Shown here piece by piece: positions 53,318 through 64,000 of a stretch of 64,000 nt of DNA. Origin of the DNA: Eledone cirrhosa. Its lineage: Eukaryota. The stretch lies in NCBI GenBank assembly GCA_964016885.1, contig OZ024740.1:197036001-197100000 (forward strand). Direction: 5' to 3'. Below the pieces are notes generated by a model. That model had not been told where the DNA came from, made no database searches, and was given only the letters and a program-made list of their open reading frames with translations. The position numbers were made by a program, and so were the translations under genes. Each line of letters opens with the position of its first letter. Positions within the stretch are counted from its first letter, which is position 1.

Positions 53318-54932
53318 TGCACTCTAGGTTCATATTCAACCTAGGTCAACTGGCCATTTCTGAATACCTTCTTCCTTCCCACCAGTCTCTGAGGCCCTGA
53401 AATAGCTCATTGACACTGCCCTTCCTCCTGAAGTATGCCAAAGCTTCATGTTTAAAGTTTAGTCTATTTTCTATCATTTGCCTAGATGGAATCTCTGATG
53501 TTAAGCTTAATCTGATTCTTGAGAACAACCTTTAAAAAAAAATCAGTTTTTACATAGTAAAAATAAAAATTGCCAGAGTAGCATTTTGTTTGTGGCCCAA
53601 TTTTGATTCTAAATTGAAAACACTTCACTCATGTTACATATACTTTCAGTTAAGATGATATGCATATTGCACATTTCCATCTTCTCATAAATCTGAAGCC
53701 AAATGTCTGAAAAAAAAATACTTATCTTAGAGTTATTTATCAGATGTTATGTGTATACAATATCTGTTACTATAACTTAATATGTTTGTGGATTAAAGAT
53801 AAGTGTAAGAATGCATGAAATGGTTAGAGATTGATCAAGTTTACTAAATCAAATACAGAATTTTTTAAAGCATACAGAAACAACTACAATTTTAGTATAT
53901 TAACCTTAATATATTACTGGTATATATTATTTTCTCCTTTTGGCCCAAGTCAGCCCTGTTTGTGCAGACCTATCATTAAAGTTTTAGTTATGACCATTCC
54001 ATCTTTTTGTATATCAGAGGCTATATTGTACAATGCATCCTTCTTTATTTAAGATTGTGGGGTGTGCTTTGAGGGAGATTTGGCTATTATTTCTAGTAGA
54101 TTGAATAACTGTATTGGGTAAGCTGGTATATGTTTTATTAACTATGGAGATATGGAGAGCAAATCTGATCTTGACACAGATTGAACTTTGCAAATGAAAT
54201 TCCTCAAATTATCTTTTTTTCTGTTTAATGAGGGAAGGAAGAGTAATAGCCATGACCCATTTTAGTGCCTCCAAATCTAGTGGTAGGTAGGAGGTATACT
54301 TAAACCAGATATATAAATTGGATTTTTGCAACAAAGTGAACTCCAGTAAAGGTACCTAAGGATCAGGTGGTGGTATTTAACCAGGTGACAAATTAAGTTT
54401 ACTACCCAAGTAGGCCACAGTGTGACTTGAACTCAGAATGACAGAGCCAGAACAAATACCACAAGGTATCCTATCTGAAGTTCTATCAATTTTGCCAATC
54501 CACTGCCTTGGATTGGTTCTTTATTTTGACATCCCCAAAAGGATGAAAAATAAAGTTGACATCAGTGGGATTTGAACTCAGTGTATAGAAAGTCATAACA
54601 AATACTGAAAGTTATTTTGTTCTAATCTCTAACAACTCTGCCAATTCTATTTAAGAAGGCAGTGTGATTTGAAGGAGATTTAGCTGCCATTTCTAGCTAG
54701 TATAATGACCACATAGAAGCTCCCTCATTAGTTCAACTGGTATAGAGCAAAGTTAGCCTTGACATAGATTAAAATGTATAAACCAAATTCCTTATAGCAT
54801 CTGTTGTGATATGCTGTAGTATCAGCTATCTTCATTACCTATTAAATGAAATCATAATATATCCCTAATTTATTTTAATGTAGGTTCTGATAATGAATTT
54901 TTTCCTCTGCTCTATATTTCTTGTCATTTAAG

Positions 54933-55190
54933 ACAGGGGTTCCCAACTTTATTGTCCCATTTATCCTGTGGCAACTTTTCAAAAATAAATTTAGCCCCTA
55001 CCCTGTTTTGTTCAGTAATTTGAGTTTACATCTCTATCATAGTACCCCAGCTCACAAAGAGGAAATTTTCGTCTACTGTTTTTAACACCATTATTTCAGG
55101 TTCAAATAACAATAATAGCACAAAACAACATTATAGGCCAACTTCAAATTTATTTATTGACATTAAATTATATTTAATTATAATTAGAAA
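54933..55190. mobile_element. hAT-Charlie-like terminal fragment
   Basis: Begins caggggttcccaactttt, typical of Charlie TIRs; the opposite end was not identified. Confidence 0.4.
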
Positions 55191-56632
55191 AAATTGTCCA
55201 AATCATCATTGTCCAATGTTAAGAAGTATGCTTTACAATCACTAGAGCCCAGGTTCAATCCCATAGCAGGACATCATAAGCAAGTGTCTTTTACCATAGC
55301 CTTGAGACGACATATGTCATAAGAAGCCCATTGGATTAAATGTACCTATAATTCAAATGTCTAGCTTTGTCACATACTGTAATGTTGACTGTGCTTGAAA
55401 ATTACATTAAGGATGCATGTGTGTGGAATACTCAGCTACTTACATGCTAATGCAATGGGCAGGTAGACCAGTTGATTGAAAAATTGACTGATCATTGATG
55501 AAATTGACAAAAGATCCATATATAAAGTACCATTAATACATTGGAGTTGATTTAATCATCTTTCCCCTCCCCCAAAAGTGTTGGCCTTGTGCCTAAATCA
55601 GAAACCATTATGACTGACACAATCATTAAAACAATGGATAAAATGTTTTGTGGTATTATTTCCCTGTTTTACATTCTGTGTTCAAATCCCACCAAGATCA
55701 ACTTTGCCTTTCATTCTTACACGGTCGATAAAATAAAATACCAGTCAAGTACTGGGGTTGATTTATCAACTAATCCCTCCCCTTGAATTTCTGACCATGT
55801 GCCTATGTTAGAAACAATTATTATTGAACTAAAAAGTGATTAAAGCAACATCAGATCTGTCAATTCTCTCCGTCCAACGGGGAGATCTCCCACCCACTTT
55901 GGGGTGGGTGAGAAATGTCTTCTCTTGTGAAAATGGGTATAGCTTTCATTTTGTAAAATCTCCCCATTTTGCCTCATTTCTCCCTGTTTTGGGGCACTTT
56001 TTTTCATGGTACTCCTCGTTTGGGTTTTTACAGGTGGCAAGTCTGCAACATAATATTTGTATCATTTACTTCTGCTGGTAAAGATATTTTTAAAGATATT
56101 GTACATAGTTATGTACTCCATAATAATCCATCAATTTAATATCTGATATCAAAATATCATTCTTTATGATAGGCATTTATAATAAATCTATATTGGTAAC
56201 CTATAGCCCTATATGTAGTTTCAAACTATATTTTACAACACTTTAATGTATTGTTGATCTCTAAGCTTATCATGATGACATTAAATGAAATCTGATCAAC
56301 TTTTACAAATATTTGAGATATCACATCTCTGCATACAATTAATTATACAAGTAGAATTATGACACATGTATTAATGTTTTGATAGCTTTGTGTCACAAAA
56401 AGAATTAATATTGTATGAAAAAATTTTATTTTAAAAAAAATGTGTCACTTATGTGAAAAGTTTGGATAACTTTGTAACATTTACTGAGAGAGAAAGTATA
56501 ACTTGGTTTTCTTTTACTCCTTGAGTATTGCATGCCATTGATAGTGATATCTCAGTAAGCAAGAGATGGAATGAGACATTGTTAGTGATATCTCAGATAT
56601 CTCAGTAAGCAAGAGATGGAATGAGACATATA

Positions 56633-58935
56633 GGAAGGTGTGAAGAAGAAAGGTCTGGAAGCTAAAAGACCTTTCACTAAAATTCAAATTTAGGAAAGCC
56701 CTTCAAGATGTATATGACGAAAAAGAAGACGATTTAGAGACGTATGACATAGATAATAACTGGAAGTTCTTACGTGACAACTGATGAAACCTGTGGCTGG
56801 AGCAGAGCTCCAACCAGACAGAGAGTGACCTGGTGGTGGAACAGCAGTGTAGATAAGGCTATTAGAGACAAAAGACTAGCATGGAAGGCTTGGAATAAGG
56901 GTGGGAGTAGGGAAGAATATACAGCCACTAAGAGAGAAGCTAGACGTCAGGTGTACTTAGCACGCAGGGAGGCGGAGAGTAGGAGGTTTGCCAATGTTCT
57001 GCGACGGGAAGATCAGAGGCGTGCGGTGTTCCACATTGCAAGGCAGTGTGTCAATGCAAATCAGGATGTTGTTGGTGATAAATGTGTCCGGGATGATGCC
57101 GGTGTACTTAGTGTCACGAATGACCAGAAAAAGGAGGCCTGGAAATGTCATTATGAGAGACTGATGAATGTGGAGAACGAATGGGAGAGAGAGAAATTAC
57201 CCTTGGTAGATCCGACAGAGGGACCAGCTATTGAGATTGACGAATATAGGGTCCAAGAGACGATTAGGGAAATGAAAAATGGTAAGGCGGCCGGACCATC
57301 GGGAATAGTTGCTGAGATGCTGAAGGCATCAGGGGACGTAGGCACTAAACTGGTTGCACGCATAATCAATCAGGCTATATATGGTGGTGTCATACCCAAA
57401 GACTGGTGCAGCAGTATTCTCATAAATTGCTACAAAGGTAAAGGGGATGCTTTGGAGAGGAGCAATTATAGGAGTATAAAACTGATAGATCAGGTTATGA
57501 AAGTGGCAGAAAGGATTTTAGCACAACTAATTAGAGAAAGGGTCAAACTAGATGAGATGCAGTTTGGTTTTGTGCCTGGGAAGAGTACAACAGATGCCCT
57601 CTTCTTGGTGAGACAAATGCAAGAGAGGTTCTTAGAGAAGAATAAGCCACTATACTTAGCCTTTGTTGACCTAGAGAAGGCCTTTGATAGGGTACCCCGA
57701 TCTGTCATCTGGTGGTCCCTAAGGAAGCTGGGTGTTGAGGAATGGCTTGTAAGGACAGTGCAAACTTTGTACAGAGGTACTCTCAGTAAAGTCAGGGTAG
57801 GAATGGAGTTTAGTGAGGAATTCCAGATACAAGTAGGAGTACATCAGGGTTCGGTCCTCAGCCCGCTCTTGTTCATTATAGTCCTCCAAGCCATAACAGA
57901 GGAGTTTAAGACTGGCTGTCCATGGGAACTTCTCTATGCTGACGATCTGGCTCTTATGGCAGAATCATTAGAGGAGCTAGAGAATAAATTCCGGCTATGG
58001 AAACAGCAGTTGGAAGCAAGAGGACTGAGAGTAAATCTAGCTAAGACAAAAGTGTTGATGAGTAGAAAAGAGGACAAAACCCTGATTCCGTCAGGGAAAT
58101 GGCCATGTTCGATATGCAGAAAAGGAACTGGCATAAATTCTATAAAATGCACACAATGTAGGTCCTGGGTACACAAGAGATGTAGCGGGATAGCAGGCAA
58201 ACTAACAGGTAGGGAGAAATATGTATGCAGTAGATGTACAGGGAAATTAGACAGTAGAAGTCGCACTGATAGACACATTTTTCAAATGCGAGGGCGCTAT
58301 AGAAGTGGTGGATAGCTTCCGGTACCTAGGAGATCAGATTAGCATGGGAGGAGGGTGTTCCGAGGCCATAGTATCTAGAATAAGGACGGGTTGGAAGAAG
58401 TTTAGGGAGCTGCTTCCTCTGTTGACGAAGAAGGGTTTCTCCCTGCGTACGAAAGGCCGGTTGTATGATGCCTGTGTGAGGAGCGCGATGCTGCATGGTA
58501 GTGAGACATGGGCAGCTACCGCAGAAGATATGCGACGGCTGGAGAGAAATGAGGCAAGCATGCTCCGTTGGATGTGCAGTGTAAATGTGCGTGAACGACC
58601 CAGCATAAATGTATTGAGAGAGAAACTGTGTCTGAGAGGGATAGAATGTAGTGTACGGGAGAGGAGACTGAGGTGGTATGGACATGTGATGCGCATGGAG
58701 GATGACCGATGGGTGAAGAAGTGCCAGGAAATGCCAGTTGAAGGAAGATGTGGTAGAGGTAGACCACGAAAAACATGGGCGGAGGTGGTGAGAACAGACC
58801 TCAGATCATTGAAGCTCACGGTGGAGATGACGAGGGACCGTGACGAGTGGAGAGATGCTGTGCTGAATAAGACCCGTCCCACCCTTGCAAGCAGGGAAAA
58901 GCGGACGTAAAATGATGATGATGATGATGATGATG
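56633..58935 (+). mobile_element. RTE-clade LINE, 5'-truncated (subfamily B); RT + PHD-like finger + C-terminal domain, frameshifted
   Basis: ORFs 56774-58315 and 58305-58910 carry the RT motifs QFGF, FVDLEKAFDRV, GVHQGSVLSPLLF, LYADDL and the RTE C-terminus (LHGSETW, RLRWYGHV, RGRPRKTW). Frameshift near 58290 and small deletion near 56780. The stop codon is followed directly by an (ATG)n tail. Confidence 0.95.
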
Positions 58936-59204
58936 TACTAGCCTAATATTATTTAACTCCAGGTTTGTTCTGATCAAGCATACCTCTTATCAAATGTATT
59001 TCAGCTGTGACCATCCCATCTTTTTCCTATGTTTAGAGAACTGAGGACCATATTACGTTATGTGTTTTTGTTTGTTACTAAGACAGGTATATTATTTGAG
59101 GGAAATTTAGCTGCTAATTCTAACAAGTCAAGTGACTATGTAGATTCTCCCTCAATTTGTATTTGTGAAAATATTAAATGTTGAATCTATTCCCTCTTTT
59201 GCAG

Positions 59205-59305
59205 GTTCAAGTACGGACAGTGTTTCAGTGTACATGGCCAGGCTGTGTTAAAACACACAGTACATGTGCTGGCATTGAGAAACATGTACGGATAAAACAT
59301 CTCAG
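59205..59305 (+). CDS. ZNF704: Exon C of ZNF704/ZNF395-family gene (single C2H2 zinc finger)
   Basis: Acceptor tccctcttttgcag| and donor |gttagt at 59306; phase 0 start matches exon B. Encodes VQVRTVFQCTWPGCVKTHSTCAGIEKHVRIKHL, matching the family finger F-x-C-x-W-xx-C...GI-x-KH-x-R-xx-HL. Downstream exons (C-clamp/CR3) were not found in the window. Confidence 0.9.
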
Positions 59306-59442
59306 GTTAGTTACATTGCTTCTTTATAATATTGTTTATATATATATTTCATCATTGATGATGAAAGATAGTTATTTGAGTTTCCATTACTATATCTTCT
59401 CATGTACAAACATTTCCCAATAGCGCGTGCGCGCACACACAT

Positions 59443-59585
59443 CTGAGTCTTAGGTTCAATCGGGGGTAACCACAGTAAGTAAGATACTCAATACATTAGT
59501 AGAGTGTACACAATAAATTTAATATAGAAATGACTTCTACAGGACTAGAACTGTTTCATTTGAATGAAACAGTTCTAGTCCTGTA
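59443..59585. mobile_element. Second copy of the palindromic element, shorter hairpin
   Basis: Matches 41750-41870; hairpin tacaggactagaactgtttcatt-tg-aatgaaacagttctagtcctgta ends in (TA)n. Confidence 0.65.
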
Positions 59586-60850
59586 TATATATATATATAT
59601 ATATATATAGTTTAGAAAACGTAAGAGAAACACGGACATAAGGACAATTCCCGCTCTTCGGCTGTCTGCTGTTGGTCGCTGATGTTTTGACGAATTAAAG
59701 ACAGTACATCTCACCACAGTACATTAATAACTATGAGGTATAGTTATTAGGGAAGGAAACAACAAAAACCAGAGAAGATAGCAAGAGAGAATGACAGAAA
59801 AAGAAAATAAACAGAAGAAAAAAACAGAAGACATATATATATAGTTAAAGATTTAAAAAAACAAACACAGAGAACAATTACACAGTCTTATTAGTTTCAC
59901 ATTTGTAGGGAAAGATAATATCTCAACATATCAGGTGTTAGTCATGGGGGAAAGAGTAAATTTAGGAGAAAGAGGAGGTTGAAGAAAAAGGGAAAAAAAG
60001 TTCATCAGGATGCTTGAAGTGATCATATATATATAGGGTGAGTCAAAAGTAAAGTAGCACCCAGTTTTGTTTTAGAAGTTATAAATTGATTGTTTGATTG
60101 CCATTTGTATTACAGTCTACAAGAAGGTAGAAATCAATGAAAAACAAGAACATCCATAATTTGTAAAACAAATATCAACCCCTGTGATTTCCCATGATCT
60201 AGACACTACTTTTATGTGTGTGTGTGTGTGTGTGTGTGGAATGCCACATTTCCAACAATGCAGGAGCAGATCACTCAACAATCCGTACCTATAGCTGCTA
60301 TTTACTTCTGTGGGAAATAATTAGCAGTTAAGATCAAATGATGATAATCCTACCCAGGACTGATTTAAGCCACCATGGGTGGTCCTTGCACTTATCAAGG
60401 GACTTCTTTCATCAAGGTCTCCCTGAGTCAGAGGAAAACCAAGAGGCTCGTAGATATGAGAGAGACAACTAGATGCAGGGATTGCCAAGAGAATTAACAC
60501 TGCCAGACTCAAAAGTCATAATGTAACTTTCGATGAATGACTATTGAATCCTTATTGAGTTCATCCACCCTTGTAGCTAAGTAGGCTTTCTTAACCTGTC
60601 AGAGTGTCCATCCAGCCACCACAAACAAGGGTGAGATCCTAGAGGGAGTTGCCTGTGTAGACATCGATGGTCTGACCATGAAACAAGTAGTACTGGTTTA
60701 CATGATTACTAATAGCTGATCATTTGATCTGACCTGTATACTCTTGTGAATCATATAAAGAAGATAAATCTTGTATGAAATCATCAGCCTAAGATATTTC
60801 TAAATGAGTTTCTCTCTGAGAGGTGACAGCCACATAGAAAGGAACATTGA

Positions 60851-61050
60851 CCCTTTAGCATTTACATTACACTATATTTACTATTATATTTTCATATTTA
60901 TCTCACATAATATCGAATCTATGAGATTTTGATATTATTTATTTTGAGAACAATACCTTAACATAAGTATGAGCAGCTGGTTACAGCCAGTTTGAACAGA
61001 AAGAGATGAGAGAATTCTGGCCAGGTATGGCTTGTTTAAATGCTAAAGGG
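60851..61050. mobile_element. piggyBac-type MITE
   Basis: TTGA|ccctttagcattta...taaatgctaaaggg|TTAA. Confidence 0.85.
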
Positions 61051-63518
61051 TTAAGATAGAAATGTATGTGAACCCCTGGCCTGTCTGAGTGGTCAATAGC
61101 TCCACTTGAATACTTACCTAGTCTGTGTCAACCTGTCTAACCTTTGCTGGTAGAGAAAATTAATATGTTAAATGATGATAACATCAACTATTTAGGTGTA
61201 AAAAAAATTATTTTTGGATACTGAAACAGAATATTTGGATAGGAAAATGACTGGCAACTGTTTGAGCTTTTTTTGTAGGAAATGTTTTAGAAGGAACATT
61301 CATGTGATATACTTTATCAGATAGTTTATGAAGTGCCAAGTGTTTCTGTCTTATCTTTATCGTCATACTTCATGAATTAAAAATATTTGTAAATTATATA
61401 GCTGATATATGAGATGATATATATATATAAAACCTTTGTGTTGTTTATTAAAAGTTAATTGGTTTCTGTGGTAGAAAAAGGTTGGCTGTTATACTTTCTG
61501 TAACTTGACATCACTATGTAGAAATAAAACTGGGTAACAGACATTGCCAAATCTGAGATGTTTTATTTTTCCCCCTTTTCTTTTGACTAATAAGCATTTT
61601 TATTATTTTCTCTGTTCCTGTAATTTGTTTCTATTTGTTTCTATGACTATGATAAATGGAAAAACCTTACAAGTTTCTGTTGTATATTATTAATACTTCA
61701 TCTTTTACTTAAGAAATCTATTTCCTCTGTAGTGAAATTTGTATGCCATGGGGAGATGAGGACCCCTGCATTTTAAATAAAATCTCATTAGAGAAAGAGA
61801 AAAGTGTTAATTCATCCAACAAATATCTTTGCTTGACACACCAAGGTTATCAAGACCCACATTCCTTGTCATACAAATTTCACTAATCAATTTTCCAATG
61901 CTGACAGAGCAGGTATGGCTCTGTAATTAAGAAGTTTGCTTCACAAATACATGGGTTTGCTTTTCAATCCCACTGTATAGTACTTTGGACAAGTGTCTTC
62001 TACTACAATTTCAGGTCAGCCAATGCCTTGACAGCAATTTTGATTAACCAAAATTATGAAGAAGCCTATCAATAATGATCGGGTTTATAGTAAACAATAT
62101 TTGATTTAATAATTCCTTGTCTACAACATTTTATGTAAAGATACTTGAATCTTCGATTTTCTTTGACCTTTCCCCTCTTGTCACTCTAGTCAACACCATA
62201 TTTCATTTTACATTCATTTAAATCAATTGCGATAATTTTATTCCATATTTTCTTTAACCATTATCAAACATATATCCATCAAATTACGATGACTTTGTTC
62301 GACCTATATATCTATATTCATTTTATTGTCCATGTATAACCAACAAACACTATCAGAAGTTAAGCAAATATTTCTTCTGAAAATGACCAAAATAACTCCA
62401 CCATTCTCTGCTGATACTTTTTCAGTCTTCAAAGTTTTGACATACTTAACACTTACTTAAAATTAAGGTAGTGAATGGACAGGAATTCATAAACGCTTTC
62501 CTTACCATATATCTAATGAAAAACACTTCCTATGATTTTCAGTTAATTTTGAAAATAATCAAGAATTTAGAGGGGTTTAGTAATGTAACGATTTTCTCAT
62601 CAAGTTAGTGTTTGGAACATAACTTCACAAAAGTTCTTACATAAAATTAAAATGGAAGATTTTTAGAAAATATAAATACGTTAAAACAAACAGCTTTGTA
62701 TCATAGAACCAGGGGCTGTTTCAAGCCGTTTTGGTATCAAAAGTGCTGATCTATAAATATCATTTCTCAACATACTCAGTTTTAATTCTATCTTGTCTAA
62801 AATTACCCTTCTGGAGTTGATATGGGGGAGGGGGGGGGGGGGTAATTGACTATATCCCTCCCTTACTAGTTTGTGGTTTTCTGGTAACATTGAAAATCAA
62901 ATCACCATCATTACCTATCAGCCAGTATCTGTGGCTTATAGTTATGTCCCTTTTGTTTATCAGTTTGAATTAGAAATCCAGAAAGCAACTTCATTTCAAA
63001 AGTGAAAAGAATTATCAGTGATCGAATGTAAATACAAATTTCAAGATAAGCATGATTCAAACCAAAAAAATTCTCTACATACATATATGTAAAGGCTACA
63101 CTGACATGATTGGTGCCAGTTAAAACCATTGCATTTATGTTCTAAATTCAAATCCTGCCGAGGTTAGCTTTGCCTTTCATCCTTACAAGGGTCAATAAAA
63201 TATAGTTCCAGTAATGCTCAGGGGTAGATTTAATCAACGTTCCCCACCCCCACCCCCAAATTGTTGGCCTTGTGCCTAAATCTGAAGCCATTATCTATCA
63301 ACTATAATTTTTACTTGCATCCAACACAATGATGGACACACCATATTCTCTGTTACACAAAAACTCATCTAAAATAAGCTGTAAAATATTGTAAAATCTG
63401 CATATCTGTGTAGAAGTCTGCTCCAAGTTAACACATCGCTATTATTTATCTATATCCTATAAATAACAACTTCTGTGTTGTCATAATCCATAAATATAGG
63501 CTTCTATGTTTAGTCATA

Positions 63519-63872
63519 ATCCATGAATGGAGGTGTTAAATTTAGTCATGTTCCACCAATGAAGGTTTTAAGTTTAATCATATTCCACCAATGAAGGTTT
63601 TAAGTTTAGTTATATTCCACGAATGGAGGTGTTAAGTTTAGTCATATTCCACCAATGAAGGTTTTAAGTTTAATCATATTCCACCAATGAAGGTTTTAAG
63701 TTTAGTTATATTCCACCAATGGAGGTGTTAAATTTAGTCATATTCCACCAATGAAGGTTTTAAGTTTAATCATATTCCACCAATGAAGGTTTTAAGTTTA
63801 GTTATATTCCACCAATGGAGGTGTTAAGTTTAATCATATTCCACCAATGGAGGTGTTAAGTTTAGCCATCCT
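63519..63872. repeat. 32-bp minisatellite, about 11 copies, with 96-bp higher-order period
   Basis: Unit ttccaccaatg(a/g)aggt(t/g)ttaagttta(a/g)t(c/t)ata; variants occur in the order C-A-B-C-A-B-C-A-B-C-C. Confidence 0.93.
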
Positions 63873-64000
63873 CCATGAATAAACGTTTCTATGATTTAAA
63901 TTCATAGAAGAAAACAGATTTGTGGATCAAACAGCAGCAGACTTTGGCCTTTAATTCATAGTTTAACTAACTGGAAAATAGCTATTGTAATTTTCTGAGA

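Noticed and set aside
58290-58315. Programmed frameshift between the two RTE ORFs
   Set aside because: The sister subfamilies (34058-34891, 36322-36768) read through this region in one frame, so it is a copy-specific indel.
56957-58882. Antisense ORFs overlapping RTE copies
   Set aside because: Shadow ORFs of the LINE coding strand with no independent motifs.
60300-60800. Possible decayed endonuclease fragment (..PATTNKGEILE..)
   Set aside because: Only vague similarity to the PT...G..LD motif; too degraded to call.

Overview
AT-rich, repeat-dense eukaryotic (animal) DNA. The SINE families, RTE LINEs with (ATG)n tails and abundant (TA)n/(CA)n microsatellites look like an octopus genome (inference from repeat content only). 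One host gene is supported: three + strand, phase-compatible exons (16945-17090, 21842-22071, 59205-59305) of a ZNF704/ZNF395/SLC2A4RG-family zinc-finger gene, with a 37-kb intron between the last two. Everything else is intronic transposon debris: about 13 fragments of at least three RTE LINE subfamilies (one 2.3-kb RT-bearing copy with a PHD-type finger inside ORF2), L1/Tx1-like and CR1-like 3' fragments, several tRNA-derived SINE families, piggyBac-, Tc1- and Tigger-type MITEs, decayed mariner and Chapaev3-like transposases, and minisatellites. The most interesting observations are a palindromic element centred on a hammerhead-ribozyme-like core (Penelope-like terminus), SINE-LINE tail sharing with an apparent tail swap, a 48-bp minisatellite born from a LINE 3' UTR, repeated head-to-head SINE pairs (candidate dsRNA/ADAR substrates) and ATTATT-targeted SINE insertions with clean TSDs. 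Most ORFs in the supplied track are spurious. No prokaryote-type system or CRISPR array is present. All alignments and folds were done by eye, and repeat boundaries are approximate.
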